In this document: positions 62,780-64,000 of the stretch, piece after piece
Position numbering within the stretch: position 1 is the first letter of the stretch
Layout: every line of letters begins with the position of its first letter
The notes under the pieces: model-generated
The model's database searches: none
Told to the model about the DNA's origin: nothing
The model's input: the letters and a program-made list of their open reading frames with translations, nothing else
DNA from: Dehalococcoidia bacterium
GTDB lineage: Bacteria > Chloroflexota > Dehalococcoidia > Lucifugimonadales > UBA1123
Assembly: GCA_965197685.1 (NCBI GenBank)
Contig: CBDANP010000006.1
Span: forward strand, 621,655 to 685,654
DNA length: 64,000 nucleotides
Reading direction: 5' to 3'
Position numbers and translations under genes: made by a program

Positions 62780-64000
62780 TTGCCTGAGTTCGAGATAGTC
62801 TCCGACTTCCAGCCGACCGGCGACCAGCCCACGGCCGTGGGCCAGCTCGTGAACGGCCTGAGCCGTGATATGGTGCACCAGACCCTGATGGGTGTAACCG
62901 GCAGCGGCAAGACGTTCACAATGGCTAACGCCGTAGAGGAACTGCAACGTCCAACGCTTGTCATCGCGCACAACAAGACGCTCGCCGCCCAGCTCGCCAC
63001 CGAGTTCAAGGAATTCTTTCCGAACAACGCGGTGGAATACTTCGTCAGCTACTACGACTACTACCAGCCCGAAGCCTACATCCCGCGCAGCGACCTCTAC
63101 ATAGAGAAGGACGCGGACATAAACGAGGAACTCGACAAACTCCGACATGCGGCCACGCGCGCGCTTCTCACCCGCAGAGACGTGCTGATAGTCGCGTCGG
63201 TGTCCTGCATATTCGGTCTCGGCTCGCCGCAGGAGTACCAGGGATTCATGGCCCACGTGCGCCGGGGTGAAATCAGAAGTCCGAGCAGGCTGGCTCGCCA
63301 GCTTATTGACATACAGTACGAGCGCAACGACTTCGATCTTTCAAGGGGGCGTTTCAGGATACGTGGCGACACAATGGAAATACTGCCCGCTTATGAGACC
63401 ATCGGCGTGCGGATAGAGTTCTGGGGGGACGAAGTAGAGCGCATCGTCGAGATTGACCCGCTGACCGGCGAGATTTTGACCGAGCGCGACGACATACAGA
63501 TATACCCCGCCAAGCACTTCGTAACCTCGCAGGAGAGAATGGACACCGCGATTCGCAACATCGAGGACGAGCTTCACGAACAGCTGCGAATCCTGAACCG
63601 GCAGGGCAAACTGCTGGAGGCGCAGCGACTCGAACAGCGGACACGCTATGACGTCGAGATGCTGCGCGAGACCGGATACTGCGGCGGGGTCGAGAACTAC
63701 TCGCGGCACCTCGGCGGACGCGAAGCGGGCAGTACGCCCTATACGCTGATGGACTACTTCCCGGAAGACTATCTGCTGTTCATAGACGAGTCTCACATGA
63801 CCCTGCCGCAGATACGCGCGATGTACAACGGAGACCGCGCCCGCAAGGAAGTGCTGGTGGAGTACGGCTTCCGCCTGCCGTCCGCGCTCGACAACCGCCC
63901 GCTGAACTTTGGCGAGTTCGAACAGGCCGTCAACCAGGCAATCTACGTCTCGGCCACGCCCGGCCCGTATGAGTACGAACACTCCCAGCAGATGGTGGAG
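62780..64000 (+). CDS. uvrB: excinuclease ABC subunit B (5' part; continues beyond the window)
   Basis: [25 protein letters not shown] and [25 protein letters not shown] at 62769-62774 precedes TTG 62780. It is not in the ORF track because no stop lies in the window. Confidence 0.93.
   Translation, partial: MPEFEIVSDFQPTGDQPTAVGQLVNGLSRDMVHQTLMGVTGSGKTFTMANAVEELQRPTLVIAHNKTLAAQLATEFKEFFPNNAVEYFVSYYDYYQPEAYIPRSDLYIEKDADINEELDKLRHAATRALLTRRDVLIVASVSCIFGLGSPQEYQGFMAHVRRGEIRSPSRLARQLIDIQYERNDFDLSRGRFRIRGDTMEILPAYETIGVRIEFWGDEVERIVEIDPLTGEILTERDDIQIYPAKHFVTSQERMDTAIRNIEDELHEQLRILNRQGKLLEAQRLEQRTRYDVEMLRETGYCGGVENYSRHLGGREAGSTPYTLMDYFPEDYLLFIDESHMTLPQIRAMYNGDRARKEVLVEYGFRLPSALDNRPLNFGEFEQAVNQAIYVSATPGPYEYEHSQQMVE

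Overview
GC-rich bacterial chromosomal segment with about 60 protein-coding genes and one tRNA-Ser. I saw no rRNA and no CRISPR array. The housekeeping backbone includes rplS, priA, gyrA, thrC, yceD-rpmF-fabD-nusB-acpP, a fused aroK/aroB, pyrE, rpiB and uvrB. It also carries a DUF1800/DUF1501 pair, PPK2, a NitT/TauT-type ABC importer, an MshA-like GT4 and several TPP/FAD enzymes. Gene content (acVLRF1-type release-factor homologue, MshA-like GT, PaREP1-like gene) hints at a Chloroflexota/Actinomycetota-like lineage, but taxonomy cannot be settled from this window. Between about 15.2 and 30.9 kb the backbone is interrupted by a decayed mobilome/conflict island. It holds two PIN toxin-antitoxin pairs and five IS copies of four families (a sixth, partial IS982 copy lies at the window start). 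It also holds a ThiF/E1-like gene remnant cut by IS elements at both ends, a frameshifted DUF3800 gene, an orphan zinc-ribbon protein, a HelD-type helicase and duplicated gene fragments. The items most worth a second look are as follows. (1) Two inverted IS110-family copies abut both tips of an IS4/IS701-like element, and each carries a covarying hairpin whose loop repeats the adjacent sequence (candidate bridge RNA). (2) A translationally coupled pair of a PaREP1/HEPN-like protein and a zinc-ribbon / HNH-like / glycine-zipper protein sits inside a metabolic operon. (3) A GHKL-ATPase plus STAS-like (DUF4325-like) pair is coupled to gyrA. (4) A PIN toxin is paired with an atypical antitoxin carrying a nuclease-fold domain. 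(5) A Vms1/VLRF1-like peptidyl-tRNA hydrolase homologue. (6) A glutamine-amidotransferase homologue has lost its whole catalytic triad. All calls come from reading the supplied translations and sequence by eye. No searches, folds or alignments were computed, and family names rest on remembered motifs.
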